The position numbers and the translations under genes are program-made. 64,000 bases of DNA from Octopus vulgaris (lineage: Eukaryota): NCBI GenBank assembly GCA_951406725.2, contig OX597814.1:50220001-50284000 (forward strand). The letters are read 5' to 3'. Positions 27,040 through 41,385 of this stretch are shown piece after piece (within the stretch, counting starts at the first letter, position 1; each line of letters starts with the position of its first letter). The notes beneath the pieces were generated by a model that saw only the letters and a list, made by a program, of their open reading frames with translations, was not told where the DNA came from and did no database searches.

Positions 27040-28290
27040 AGGAGAGAACCAGGAATAAATACCTCAGAAGAGTAAAGAAAATATTATCATCAGAGCTCTC
27101 TGCTTACAATAAACATATCGCCCAAAATACCTTTGCAGTGTCTGTTCTCACGCCTACGTTTGGCCTTCACACGTGGTCACGACAAGAATTCAATGCGATA
27201 GATGTTAGTGTTATAGGAAACTTCGACATCAAGGGAGATGTAGACAGGATATATATAAATTCACACAAGAATGGTGGTCGTAGCCTCAAATCTGTATAGA
27301 TATCATATGAAGCACGTATTGTAACGCGGAAACATTTGCAGCAGTAGAAAGAGACATGTAACCGTCTTTTCCAAGTTTGTGACCATGAAATCAAAAACAT
27401 AATTAGGATTGCTAGTGAACTTGAGGAGCGGTATAAATGAAGAGCTAAGACAGATCTTTTCCCCGGGTGCATTGGTAAAATCTATTTAGCAGAACAACGG
27501 AATGAAAAAATGGAACAGTTCACTGACAAAATAGTGCAACGGTACACGTCACGTAAAACACAATCCATAGAATAGATTAATCATGTCAAAAGCCTGGCAT
27601 GGAGTACCGACAAGTCTATGACATCCCTCGTTTTAAGGCTACATCCATATAATCCAAGAACAAGAGATCACCACAAGTACCTACAGTATATCAGGCAGAA
27701 AACATTTACATACAATAAATGCAGGCTGTGCAAGTCCGAGATTGAAGACATCAATCACGTTATTGCCAACTGCGAGAGATTGTCTTCTAGATATTATTGT
27801 AGGACCACAAAGGAAAGATATCTTGCCTTGGTAACAAAATAGAAAACATTTACAAACGAAGTTCATCATATGGAGACCAATAGGTCAAAAGAATATTGGT
27901 GGAACTTAGAAATTAAAACAGCCACTAAGTTAAAACACAACCCGTCAGATATTGTTGCGTAGGACCACAAAGGAAAGATATATTCTGTCGCGGAAATCTG
28001 CTGTCCTCTGGGTTCCAATGTGGTTAGAAAAATACAAGAGAAATAGGACATCTATAGATCATTGATAAGGAGCTTGCAAATCCAGTATCCAATATAAACT
28101 CCACTATTATTAGTGGAGCAACAGAGTACATATTAACCATCTGCAGCAAAATGTAACTGGATTTCGAATACTGCGGAGATAACGCGAATTCATACGCTAC
28201 AAATGACCACGATATCTGGGATTACAAAATATTGTAAGGCCTTAAGGTTTAAAGAGTGATAAACAAAGCAAGATGATTTTCTTCACAACA
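27040..28290 (+). pseudogene. R4/Dong-clade LINE relic (RT thumb, CCHC knuckle, RLE endonuclease)
   Basis: [18 protein letters not shown]...FAVSVLTPTFG, DVDRIYI...GGRSL, CRLCKSEIEDINHVIANC, KHNPSDIV; many stops. Confidence 0.85.
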
Positions 28291-28439
28291 TTGCTACCAA
28301 GTAGGTGGCCGGTCAAGATTTACTCTAAATTAGAAAGAGAAAGAGAAGAGCAAACATACATACATACATACATACATACATACATACATACATACATACA
28401 TACATACATACATACATACTTAAATACATACATACAGCA

Positions 28440-29140
28440 GCATTACTTGTCTGATAAACTTAAATACATGTCCAAAGAAGTCACATGACTCTACCGTATC
28501 ATCAGATGAAAGGATGTGCGTATATGAGCAGAAGACTATGCATGGATATGTTAGTAGAAAGCTCTGAAATGATAGTAACATTGATCATCAAAGCATTCTA
28601 TCATCAAAGCATTCTATCATAGACTAACAACCGGATTACTACCTGCCACTTTGAAGGGTATGCGTTTATAATCCAGGAACAGCAAATTTCAATCAAATAC
28701 TTAGTGTACGAAAGGGACAGAGATGCAGGAAAAGCAGCACTAAAATGTGACAACCGATGCAGATTTTGTGAAGTTAACACCGACGTTATCAACCACATCA
28801 TAAGCAGTTGTCCGAAAAAGTCATCACGATTTTATCTACCAATGAAGCATACTGTTGCTGGAACACTGTATAACGAGATCCGTCGAAAAGATAACCCAGA
28901 GGACAAAGACATAAGAACCCACAGTATGGTAGAAGCCATAGCCACTCATTATGAAAAGGAGTACTGATGAAATGTCTCAGTGAAGACCTCAATAAAATGT
29001 AAGCACAACAGACCTGATATAATGATTTGGGACAGAGGAGAGAAACTGTGTACAGTTGTGGAAATTAGCTGCCCAGCAGAAGTTAACATAAAGCTGAAGA
29101 ACAGTGGAAAAGTGAGTGCCTACACTGAATTATTGAAATA
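28440..29140 (+). pseudogene. Second R4/Dong-clade LINE relic
   Basis: EGYAFIIQEQQISIKYL, CRFCEVNTDVINHIISSC, KHNRPDIMIWD, VVEISCP; flanked by (ATAC)n. Confidence 0.85.
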
Positions 29141-29192
29141 AAACTGAAAAATGACACACATACATACATACATACATACATACATACATACA

Positions 29193-29224
<32 letters not shown>

Positions 29225-29716
29225 CAGGAACACAAGTTTTTGAATGATAAAATTATAATACAAAATACATTTCAGTTTATATTCAAGCCACATGCAATTA
29301 ATTAATTCGTGGCATATTAATTAATTAATTCCAGCGTGACAAAGTTTAGCACACATCATCAAATGTTTTATTTGCTATTTAAAAGTTACAAAATGTGTGT
29401 AGTGTTAGCAGGTTAAAAGTTAAAAATATGAATGTACGTATAGATATAAAATTTACACGATAAACATGAGTAAAATTAAAGGCATATAAGAATCACGTAA
29501 AGAATAAATACCGTGTGGAGACAAAGAGTGTGTCTGAAAATCGTATAAATATAAAGCAAGAAAACAAAGGAGTGTATAACGGAGCTCAATACGCCAAATG
29601 TGAAAACAAAAGAGGTGACGTTTCGGGCAATACTGTTTATCAGAGATAAGAAAGGAGTAGAGAAAGTGAGGAACAATAGAAGGAGAAAGAGAGTACGTTA
29701 CCAACTAATAATAATG

Positions 29717-30462
<746 letters not shown>

Positions 30463-30498
30463 AAGAAGAAGAAGAAGAAGAAGAAGAAGAAGAAGAAA

Positions 30499-31040
30499 TG
30501 CCCTGATGCAGAACCAAGCAGGGCTCTCATGGCTTCTGATCTTAAATAATTGGAAGTGTTATCATGTACACTGTTTTGTCTTGCTATAAAAGCAAATATT
30601 CTGCTCAATATCACAGATTTGCTTGTCAGCTGTCTGAGCTTAACCAGTTGAGCATATCCCTTAGTGCCTGACGATATGTGCATCTCTGATCACAAGCAGA
30701 AGTAGTGGGGGAGCAGCCTAGCCACGTGTTGAAAGGAATTCTTTGGGGTTTGGATAACTGACCTTTGGAAACATGGGTGTTTCATTCAACGTCCTTAAAC
30801 AACCTTTATTCAGGGACCTTTGAGCAGGATGGGCTACTCGACCTGAAGAAAATTCTAACTGGGCCCCACTTTCAAGGTCATATGTTGTTTATCTTAATAT
30901 GAGATCACCACGTTACGCACATATGGTTGTGATGCACGTGCCTGGCGTACCTTTACCACACGAGTAGTCATGATGGGTATACTGGGCTTCGTATATTTTA
31001 CCCCAGTGTCACTTTGATGCCATCACTGCTCTCTCACTCA
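30499..31040 (+). mobile_element. Retroelement 3' segment with (TAA)n tail, copy 1
   Basis: Ends ctgctctctcactca-ataataataa; reverse-complement match to 31108-31602. Confidence 0.8.
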
Positions 31041-31060
31041 ATAATAATAACAGCAATATT

Positions 31061-31107
<47 letters not shown>

Positions 31108-31108
<1 letters not shown>

Positions 31109-31601
31109 GAGTGAGAGAGCAGTTCATGCCATCAAAGTGACACTGGGGTAAAATATACGAAGCCCAATATACCCATCATGACTACCCGTCTGATAAGGGC
31201 ACACCAGGCACATGCATCACAACCATATGTGCGCGGCATAGTGATCTCATATCAAGATAAACTGCACATGACCTTGCAGGTGGGACCCAGTTAGAATTTT
31301 CTTCAGGTTGAGTAGCCCATCCCGCTCAAACGGTCCCTGAATAAGGGTTGTTTAAGGATGTTGAAAAACCCACCCATGTCTCCAGAGGTGAATTATTCAA
31401 ACCCCAAAGAATCCCTCTCAACACATGGCTATGATGCTCCCCCACTACTTCTGCTCGTGATCAGAGATGCACATATCGTAAGCCACTAAGGGACATGCTC
31501 AACTGGTTAAGGTCAAACAACTGACAAGCAAATCTGTGGTATTGAGCAGAATATTTGCTGTAGCCCATCTTTTATACCAAGACAGAACAATGTACATGAT
31601 A

Positions 31602-31602
<1 letters not shown>
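31108..31602 (-). mobile_element. Same retroelement segment, copy 2, inverted
   Basis: Reverse complement aligns to 30557-31040 (about 85-90% by eye); a third short 3' end lies at 31685-31732. Confidence 0.8.
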
Positions 31603-31640
<38 letters not shown>

Positions 31641-31729
31641 GTTATTATTATTATTGTTATTATTATTATTACTATTATTATTATTGAGTGAGAAAGCAGT
31701 TCATGCTATCAAAGTGACACTGGGGTAAA

Positions 31730-31809
<80 letters not shown>

Positions 31810-32261
31810 GGTCTCAAGTAGAGATGCAAAAATATTTGTGTATGTGTTAGGTCGTATGTATTTATATATGTACGTGTATATATACGTGTATATATACATT
31901 ATATATGTATTTAGTTTCTGTTCTCCGAACAAGAGACACACAAACACATAAGCAAACACACACAAAAACACACACACACACACACACATTGTATGTACGT
32001 TTTTCTTATTATTATTTGTCAACTAATTGTCTAATTAATAAATTGTTGCAGCTGTTCCCACACATAATCTTACATCAAGAATTTTGTCAAAGTAAAAGAT
32101 ACAAACACCAATGTTTGAATGTGTGTGTGCGCGCGTACTTGTGTCTGTGAGTGTATACCGAGAAAGCTACATAAATTGAGAGATAGGTACACATACGTGT
32201 ATGTGCGCGTGCATACGTGCACGTGTCCATGTCTGTTTGTATATATATAAATATCCTTTAA

Positions 32262-32341
<80 letters not shown>

Positions 32342-32600
32342 GTACAGAAAGAGAGAGAGAGAGAGCGAGTTACATGGGGCTGTGAATTGTATGATCGTTA
32401 GAGTGTCGAACAAAATGCTCAGTGGTATTTCTCTTGATACATAATATTCTCGGTTCGTAATTTCACCAAATCAACGTCACCGTTTCTCCCTTCCAGGACG
32501 TTAAAATATAGTACCAGTAACGTTCTTGGGTTGATGCAATTAATTCCCCCCCACTTCCCTCAAAATCGTTGCCTTTGTGCCAAAATTAGAAAACTAGCAA

Positions 32601-32657
<57 letters not shown>

Positions 32658-32673
32658 ATATACGTACATACAT

Positions 32674-32754
<81 letters not shown>

Positions 32755-33154
32755 GCAATATTGCATTTGTGTGTATATGTTTAAGTAAGTTAATAAATGC
32801 ATTTTTCGCCTTTCTGTATGTGTGTGTATGTGTGCGTATATAGTTACATATCCGTACATACATTTAGTGTGATGTATATTCGGAAAGAGCTTTCATCTCT
32901 CAGTCTGCGTATTTATTTTCCAATTTATGTGGCAGCTTATCTATGTATATTTTTCATTATATCTTTGCGTGAATTTTATGTATGAATGCCTGTGTGCGTA
33001 TATGTGTGTGTGAGTGTGTGTGTGTGTGTGTGTGTATGTATGTGTGTGTGTGTCTTTATAAATATACATATACAGCCACATGCACATACATATATTCATA
33101 TGCACATGCATTCATAAACTTATTCATACGTACAGATATATATATATGTATGTT

Positions 33155-33221
<67 letters not shown>

Positions 33222-33283
33222 ACATATGTATATATTATATATATATGTATATATGTGTGTGTGTATGTGTATGTATGTATATG

Positions 33284-33317
<34 letters not shown>

Positions 33318-33334
33318 CATATATATATACATAC

Positions 33335-33400
<66 letters not shown>

Positions 33401-33599
33401 CATATACATATATATACATGAATTTGCGTTAGTTTGTTCTGTCACAAGTCAAATGGTAACTATCAATGCCGCGAGGGATTTCAGAAGCTATTTGGACCGC
33501 AGAACACATTGTATTCTGGAGATTAATGAAATTCAGAAATTCAGAGGTCAGGTCATATGGAGTCTGACTGAGATGACAACGAAAGCCAATTTCTTGGAT

Positions 33600-33900
33600 A
33601 TTAATAATTTCACGATTGGGTGTCGTGATGCCAACGGCTTTGACTCTTTAGACCACTGTCCTTTTACTTAATACATTGTCAAGACCACTCGCAGTTACAC
33701 TAAGCGGACGTTTAGATTGCCCCTCAGAACATATTTCTCACCGCTGGGCAAGAAAGAATTGAAAAAATAATTGTAAAACAATGTGAAAATGCATAAAGAA
33801 TGGTCAATTACTTACTGCACTGGTCTCCGAATTGATTGAACTAGTCTTCACTCGTAAATCTGTCAATAGATGATTGTACTCTGGCACAGGGGAGTCTAAA
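33600..33900 (-). pseudogene. Possible LINE APE-endonuclease relic
   Basis: EKYVLRGNLNVRL resembles the ILLGDFNAR motif; single motif only. Confidence 0.3.
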
Positions 33901-34949
33901 AGTGTAGAATAAAGTGAGAAATTATTAGAGAAAGGAAGAAAAACACTAAATCCAACTGTTCGATATTTATCTTATCTTTGAGGCGTCGTAAGTGGCGAGG
34001 TACTGTAACTGGAAAATAACCTTGCGGAGTTGTTTTAAGACTACGCAGGAAATGATGCTTCGACAACACAATCAATGTCTTGATTAATTTAAGTTTTTAT
34101 ATAGTTTTGTATAACATTTGAAGTGGGTTCAAATCGTGTCCATTTAAAGTGAGTATGCTTAACAGGTTCGCTTTGCGATCACATCTTTCTGAGTTCGATC
34201 CCACTATTCGTCACTTAATGAAGTATCTTCTGCCTTAGTCACTCCGTTGGCCCAAACTTTTCCAAGGAAATTAGTTAGACAGAAGCTGTAATTGTTCTTG
34301 AGTTGTAAACTCCAGCCAACATCCGGTGTAATCCCAGGAACCGGCCCTTGGAGACTTTTAGTAGATGCGGCTATTTGTACGAGCATGCATCCGTGCAGAT
34401 CTTCCGTGTGAGAATATTTTCATGCGTTTCTCGGGGTCATTACAAAGAAAAGGAAGAAACTTGAAGCGTTGCATAACTAATAGGAAAGATAAAAGAAGAC
34501 GCTAGAACACTTGATATAGCGAACCAAGAAGTTGAAAATATTTATATTTCGTTTTTAATGATGAGAGGAAATCATCCCCTAAGTAATTAATACTGGTCAT
34601 GTATAGTAACAGGGATACTTCTAAATATCAATTAAACAAAATCAATTAAATATTAAATGGAGGGACAATTTTGGGCAGGGCTTGTTTCCGAGTTATTACA
34701 CATCATTAGCAAAGCATCACCTAACTATTAACGCTGTGCTAGAAAGACCCAACTCTGCCTCTATTACAATCTATATTAAACCAACTTCATTTACTCCACA
34801 TTATTTTATCAATTTTGAATCTTAAATTATATTCAGAAACGAATTTTATGTGTGCGTAATATACGCATACGCAAAATATACATACCTATATATGTGTATA
34901 TGATATATACACATATATGTGTGAATGTGCGTGTGTATTTACTCACACG

Positions 34950-34999
<50 letters not shown>

Positions 35000-35079
35000 C
35001 ACACACACACACACACATAGTTCATGGATGAGATTCAGATATTCTCAGTATAGAAGACAGTAGCGCTCAAAAGATTCAA

Positions 35080-36015
35080 ACTTAAACACCGATTTCTTTA
35101 CAGGGGATCAATCCACGAGGTAAAGAAAGATTATAAGAGTGATCAGGTTGAGTGGGTTTAGAAACAATTATGGGGATAAGCAAATTAGAGACATCAAATA
35201 TATTGAACATATTAAATACATCAAATACAAAATATGTATATATGTATGCATGCGTGACGGGAGAAAGCAAAAGGTAGAAACTTTCAGATGACGAATTTGT
35301 TTGTGTAAATATATATTCATATGAATAGGTCCAATTTACACAGAGTGCAAACACAGAGTGCAAACGACATAGAAAATTAAAGGGGTGGAAGAAAGATGTT
35401 ATAAGTGCAACAGTTGCTTCTGGGGAATCGGTGAACCATAATACTGTTGGTAGATTTAGTCCATCACAAAATGCGTCTATGTGGATGCATTTAACATAAA
35501 ATGGTACGAACCTCCGTCATCAGGGTGGAGAAGATCTTACATTTCAGATCTTAATGCATAAAAGTTCAATGATGGAATGATTACATGTGGAGAGCTAAGG
35601 GTATTGGAGTGGGGTCTGAAGGTATTTAGACAGGGAATGACGAGGAGAGAAAAGATAGTTCAAGAAGAATGAGACTAGTAAGGGAGTTGTAGGAGTGGAG
35701 TGTAGGCAGGTTGACAGGAGGGTGGGGTAGATATTATATGAATGGTAGTTTATTGTGTTGAGCTTGTTAACGTTTTTAGGGAAGTCAGTTATAAGATTAT
35801 TGGTTGAGATAGTGAGAAAAGGAATGACAATTATTTGAGGGAAGTAAAGTGTCTAGTTCAGTGGCAGAGGGAGATTACTAAGGTACATATAAATTTATCA
35901 TCTGAAAGTTTCCACTTTTTGCTTTCTCTGGTCTTGAATGTATACATGTGTACATATTTCGTATATAATGTATTCGATGCATTTGATGTGTCTAATTTTC
36001 TTATTCCCATAACTG
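35080..36015 (-). mobile_element. Decayed PLE-like segment with inverted arms
   Basis: Arms about 35165-35310 and 35885-36015; CTGATGA core at 35516-35524 (minus); PRGLIPCK peptide at about 35095-35120. Confidence 0.45.
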
Positions 36016-36118
36016 CATCTATATACATATCTGTGTGTGTGTGTCAGTGTGTGTGTGTCTGTGTCAGTGTGTGTGAGTGTGTATGTGCGTGTGTACTTCT
36101 GTGTGTGTGAGCGTGTGT

Positions 36119-36168
<50 letters not shown>

Positions 36169-36537
36169 CGGCATCTGGAGGACGCCTCGAGATTCTCAAT
36201 GCGATGTACCAGCATGGCTGTAGTTAAATAACTGAAAGAAGTAATAGAATAATAGAATGTGTGTGTGTGTGTATATACACACACACACACTAGTAATGCA
36301 TCCAGGCGTTGCCCGAATGTCATGACCTACAAGCACGTCGTATTATTTGCTCCTTTCTTATGGGCAGAATCGGCACTGCTGATATATAGTTAATAGAATA
36401 ATGGAACTTATTGTGTATTTAATAGTGAAGGGTGAGGGTACAATTTGCATGAAAGTGCTTTCTGTCTTAACAAGGATCAAAAACTATGTTTTGTTTTATC
36501 ATATAAAAGGGGGTTAATCCAATTTTGTCCAGAAATC

Positions 36538-37099
36538 ACGTTTTTAGTATCTAAATTTTCCCCTGTTCCCACCGGAATTTCTTAATTTGTAACTTTTCAT
36601 CGAATTTTTCGTTATTTACGTAGAAAAATACAGAGATTACGAATCTGGGAAATATATATATATATGTACACACATTTTTTATAGTTTAATTTTTCTTAAA
36701 GAAACACTCAGTGCCCCTTCCTCCATCTCACTCACCCATCACTTATCAGCATTCAAAAAGCTAGAATCTCCCAATCTTTTATTTTTGCTGGTGTTTCCCG
36801 CATGCGTAGAATTCTACTTAAATAGTAAACTTAAAAATACCAAACCACCACCAGAAAAGCCGTAATGCTAAAAACAGCAAGTAAACGACATTATTTCTGA
36901 AGAAACTTCCCCGTTTTCCAAAAAGCTAAAAATGAAACGTTATGAGTGTGTGGCTTTTGGAAAGTGGTGATGTAATGGGTAAAAATCTTAAAAATTCGTA
37001 CTCTCTGTTTTTCTCCATGTATTACCAAGAATAAAAATGTTAAAAAAGTAAGAAATGAATGTGGTGTAGAAAAGGAGAAAATTAAAATATTAAGAACGT
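36538..37099. mobile_element. Old long-TIR foldback MITE
   Basis: acgtttttagtatctaaattttcccc...aaaatacagagattacgaat versus attcgtactctctgtttttc...ggagaaaattaaaatattaagaacgt. Confidence 0.55.
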
Positions 37100-37772
37100 A
37101 TTTTGTGGGTGAAATCTCCTGTATCGCAAATCGGAAGAAATTTAGGTAAAATAATAAGGTGGAGGCAGAAATGTTACCTTGGACATGCTACAAAGAGGAG
37201 ATAAAGGACAAGATTTCTGAGAAAACTTCCTTTTAAGTTTGTATCAAAGATCAGGATTTTAAATATGCTCAAAACAAATTACACAATAGAAAAAGATCGT
37301 TTCAATTGGATTTGAGCTGTAAATTTCCGCGCGCACACTGCAAGAAATAACATAATTCGCACAGACGTTTTACCTAGCGTGTGTGCATGTGTGTCAAAGG
37401 AATTTATTTTATGGCCTTCTTTCGTTTGAAGAAGCAAAGTTGTGAACTCGACATATATGTGATCATATGATTTTTCGTTGAATTCCTTAAGATTGTTTTA
37501 ATTTCTATATGCTTTGAAGGGAGCAGAATTTGAAAGAGAGGATAAAGTGAAAAGGTGACATTTGCTTTGAAGTGAGAGGAGAAAGTGTAAGGTGTACGTG
37601 TATATGAAATGGAAGTGTGTGAGAGAGAGAGGTAGAGAAAGTGAGAGTGAATGAGTGAAGGTGTGTGTTGTGATGTATGAATTTTTTGCATCTATGTGTA
37701 AGTGGCACTCCCTCACTCTTTCTCTCTCTGTCACACACACACACACATTATCTTTCATACACACGTACATAA

Positions 37773-37856
37773 CGGAGGAAAAGAATACGCACACCACCCG
37801 TTTTCGGCCTAACCCTAAACCTAAACACCGGGAGTGCGTATTCTTTACATTCGCCC
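37773..37856. mobile_element. Tiny MITE-like hairpin with telomere-like core
   Basis: aaagaatacgcac / gtgcgtattcttt around cctaaccctaaacctaa. Confidence 0.5.
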
Positions 37857-38878
37857 ATAAATACATATGCATGCATCTTTTTTGTGCGTGAGAAAGTGAG
37901 AGAGAGAGTGTGTGTGTGTATATGTGTGCCTGTATGGGTGACTGTATTTCCTCATAACATATAGAAAATGGTTGTCATTTAATGCAATTCTTGTAGTTGT
38001 GGCTTATTTTAATACAGTGTTTATGTGTACGTTTCATGACAAGAAGGATGAGTCTGTGAAACACGTTTAAGATTGTTATCTCGAACACGAATAAGAATAT
38101 CATGATTTTCATGGGGAATACTAGCCATAAAAATGGCTATTTCATTAGATGTGGGTTCATTAAAACAGCGTAAAATGTTCTTTACTATAGTTTACTATAA
38201 ACGTAAGGCACGCAGAAACACACTCATAGAATTTGATAATATTGACAACAGTAAAATGTACACATACGAAGTTGAATCAAAACGAAATGGAGTCAATATA
38301 GGTGCAAAAACATACTTTCTTTAGCATAATTATGTTATACAAAAATGGAAAGTCACCAATTTACAAAAGTTGCTATGTGTCACCAATGTAACAAAGTACA
38401 GAACGTCAATATTTATTTGGAATATGCACTAAATCTTATAAAATTCACGATTAAATAGCATGGGGAAGAAAGTGAAAGTCCAAGAAAATTCAGAAGGTAT
38501 AATTCAATTTTTCCTACAGAAATAATTTATTTTACAATTTTGAAACGAATGCTGAACCAAGGAAGATGCTGTTGTTGCAACGTTAATTAAAAATATTTAC
38601 TGAAGGATGCATGTAGCAAGATATAAATTAATTTGACATTACTACATATTTTTTTGACTGTGTAGAATAAACACTGACTAATGCAGTAAAAAGGTTGTGC
38701 GACGTTGATGCAGTGATGAATGATATAAGGACTGTTAAGAAAATATTATCTTGAAACTGGTTAAAAGAAGTGGAATAACATTTCTGTAATTATATTGAAA
38801 GGGTTGCGGAGGCTGTCTACTTTGCCAGGTTTCCGAAAGAGTTTTTTTCAGATTTATTTGCGAGTATTGTGAATGGTG

Positions 38879-38990
38879 TTAAATCAGCCAAATCTTCATG
38901 TTGGTAGTACTTGAAAGCGAACGCTGTTGTTCGTTTAAAGTCCGGGCTGCAGCTAACCTTTCAATATCGGCGCATTTCACTGCCGGGCGG
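38879..38990 (-). pseudogene. Possible hAT dimerisation-domain relic
   Basis: PAVKCADIERLAAARTLNEQQRSLSSTTNMKIWL loosely resembles PASSA.VER.FS.A..IL..RR.SLS. Confidence 0.3.
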
Positions 38991-39525
38991 GAGAAAGTTA
39001 CATAAACTAAGACACACACGCATACATTAACGCACTCCTGAAGCCTAACTCTGTCTCTGTGTGTGTCAGTCGTCACAAAAATGTATGTATACTGACAGTG
39101 ACATATTTGTCGGTCATCGGCCTAACGTAGGTAACGAATGCGCGAACACACTCATATAGAAAATGTGACGGCATTGACGTTGTAGTGTTGATATAAAATG
39201 TTTACGATAGGTGACTAAAAGAAAATGACAATGTTAAATTTTTGTAATGCAAATATGTGAGGGAAAATATAGTTTAGCTTGTAGCCAAAAGCCTACTGAA
39301 CCTTTTGATACCCCATATATCAAAAGTGGCAACTCGGCTTTAGAATGCATAAGGAACATACGCACACACATATACACATACAAACTCTCTTTTATATATA
39401 TGACATATACATACATACATACATATATATATGTATATGTATATGGGTAAATATGTATATATGTATATATACGTGCATAATTATATATATATATGTATTA
39501 TATGTATAAATGTATATACATATGT

Positions 39526-39578
<53 letters not shown>

Positions 39579-39673
39579 GACAGTTTGTGCCCTGCTTACC
39601 CAAAAAATGTCCCCCACCACCACCCCATTGAATCTGCCTAAATGTATAAATGACAGAACTTATTTTGACAGCA

Positions 39674-39724
39674 AGCTTCCTGATGATTTCATTTGAATGA
39701 AACAGTTCTAGTCCTGTAGAAGCT
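39674..39724 (+). ncRNA. Type I hammerhead ribozyme motif, near-canonical
   Basis: agcttc-CTGATGA-tttc attt gaat-GAA-acag ttctagtc ctgt-A-gaagct: 6-bp stem I, 4-bp stem III, GUA site; U.U mismatch at base of stem II. Confidence 0.8.
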
Positions 39725-39745
39725 CCTTCTATAAAATAAAATAAA

Positions 39746-39803
<58 letters not shown>

Positions 39804-40479
39804 GTGTGTATGTGTGTGTGTGAGTATCGAATCATGGAGATGAGTGCTCAACATCATACTGAGGGGATAAACAGTGTGCACTTGTAGATTAACAAAAGTA
39901 TCGATGGTTTCATCCACAGTACTTGAAATGCTTTACTCAAAATGCGGGGAAGCGCCTGCATTTATATAAAACTAGACGGAGTTACACGAAATAGTGCAGA
40001 CTTCAATTTGAATACACTGGTCAGGGTTGAGTAACTTACATAGATTTCCTCATCGTTATCTCACATGCATTGGCCTTGGATTTTTGTAGAATATTGCGTT
40101 CACCACACTTAATTCCTGAATTGCCTTATGTGAGAACGTTCATGAACACCTATATTTATGACTAAATATATGTACTCAATATGCGTTTAGCTGGACTTTG
40201 AACATGTGCATCTTATTATTTATGAGGTTTCACTGGTTTCAAACGCAAATTAGCTCATGAAGTTGTAAGTTGTTGAAAATATTTATGACTTTATATACAT
40301 ATATTTTTGTGAATTGTGTGATGTCATGAATATATGTTATGTGCATTTTATGCTTATCTGTATAGTTTAGAATTCCAGTATCAGTTCCTGAGAATATGCG
40401 TCTGTAATGCATATTGTATATGTAATCGATAACCAAACGTTTATGCAGGTTAGATAAAGTGGATGAGAAGTCATGCTTG

Positions 40480-41385
40480 AAATGTCGTTGTTTAAACAAT
40501 TTTTTGCGCATGCATGGGGAAAAGGTTATTCCCTAATGTTCAAAATGTTCATTGTTTATGTTATGATATTTACATTCTGTGATGCAGAGGTTACATCTGC
40601 TGTCTTATCCTCGATATTTTCTGGTCTTAGCTATAATGCTCAATTTATATAGGAGTTGTCTAAACTCCTTATTTTAAGGTTTCATCTCTAATGGATAAAG
40701 AAGTTGCATGCCTTTTGTTCTTATGTCTAAACGGAGTCAAGTGCTGCATGTATATTTCCAGTCATTCTAATGTAAATTGGAATGACTGGAAATAACATGT
40801 CAGTGATGTTGTACTTGTGCACTAATTCTTCTTCAAGGGTCAAATTGTTCAGGAGATAGTTATCAGGGAATTTATAATTACAATATCTATGAGGGGTGCT
40901 TCTAATATTATCATACTTATTGTGATTGAAATTCAGCCATTATGTATTGAGAATGAAACTATAGCTAACTGTAACTGTATTTCTATTGAAAATCTTGTGA
41001 TATTCATTTGAGTATGGGAAGTGGATATGTATGAGTTTCAGAGATTGTCTAGCTATAAGTATATGTGCCAATAATTTAGTATGTTTTTTCCATAAGCTGT
41101 CTGCAAGCAAAATGGCTCTTGTACTTCTGAAGTAGGAATGACAAATTTCAATGCAGTATTTAATTTATTGCAATTATTCTCATATAGGAGAGTTGTTGCT
41201 ATACCCTGTAATACATATGTCTACAGTTACATTACCTTTATCTGTTCATAGAACAATAATACAGTTGTGAAACTGTGAAGTCTTAATGACATTCCTTTAT
41301 CCTCGGGAGATGTTTACTTTTGGAGGCTTGGCCTCTATCCTCTAGCTGAATATGGAATCCTTCAGCAAAAAGTAAATTTAAATAA
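40480..41385 (-). pseudogene. Penelope-like element relic: post-RT linker and GIY-YIG endonuclease
   Basis: LKLIHIHFPYSNEYHKIFNRNTVTVSYS (40958-41041), CNYKFPDNY, LVHKYNI, YIRMTGN, HLTPFRHKNKRHATSLS, RCNLCITE in the expected order; many disablements. Confidence 0.85.
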
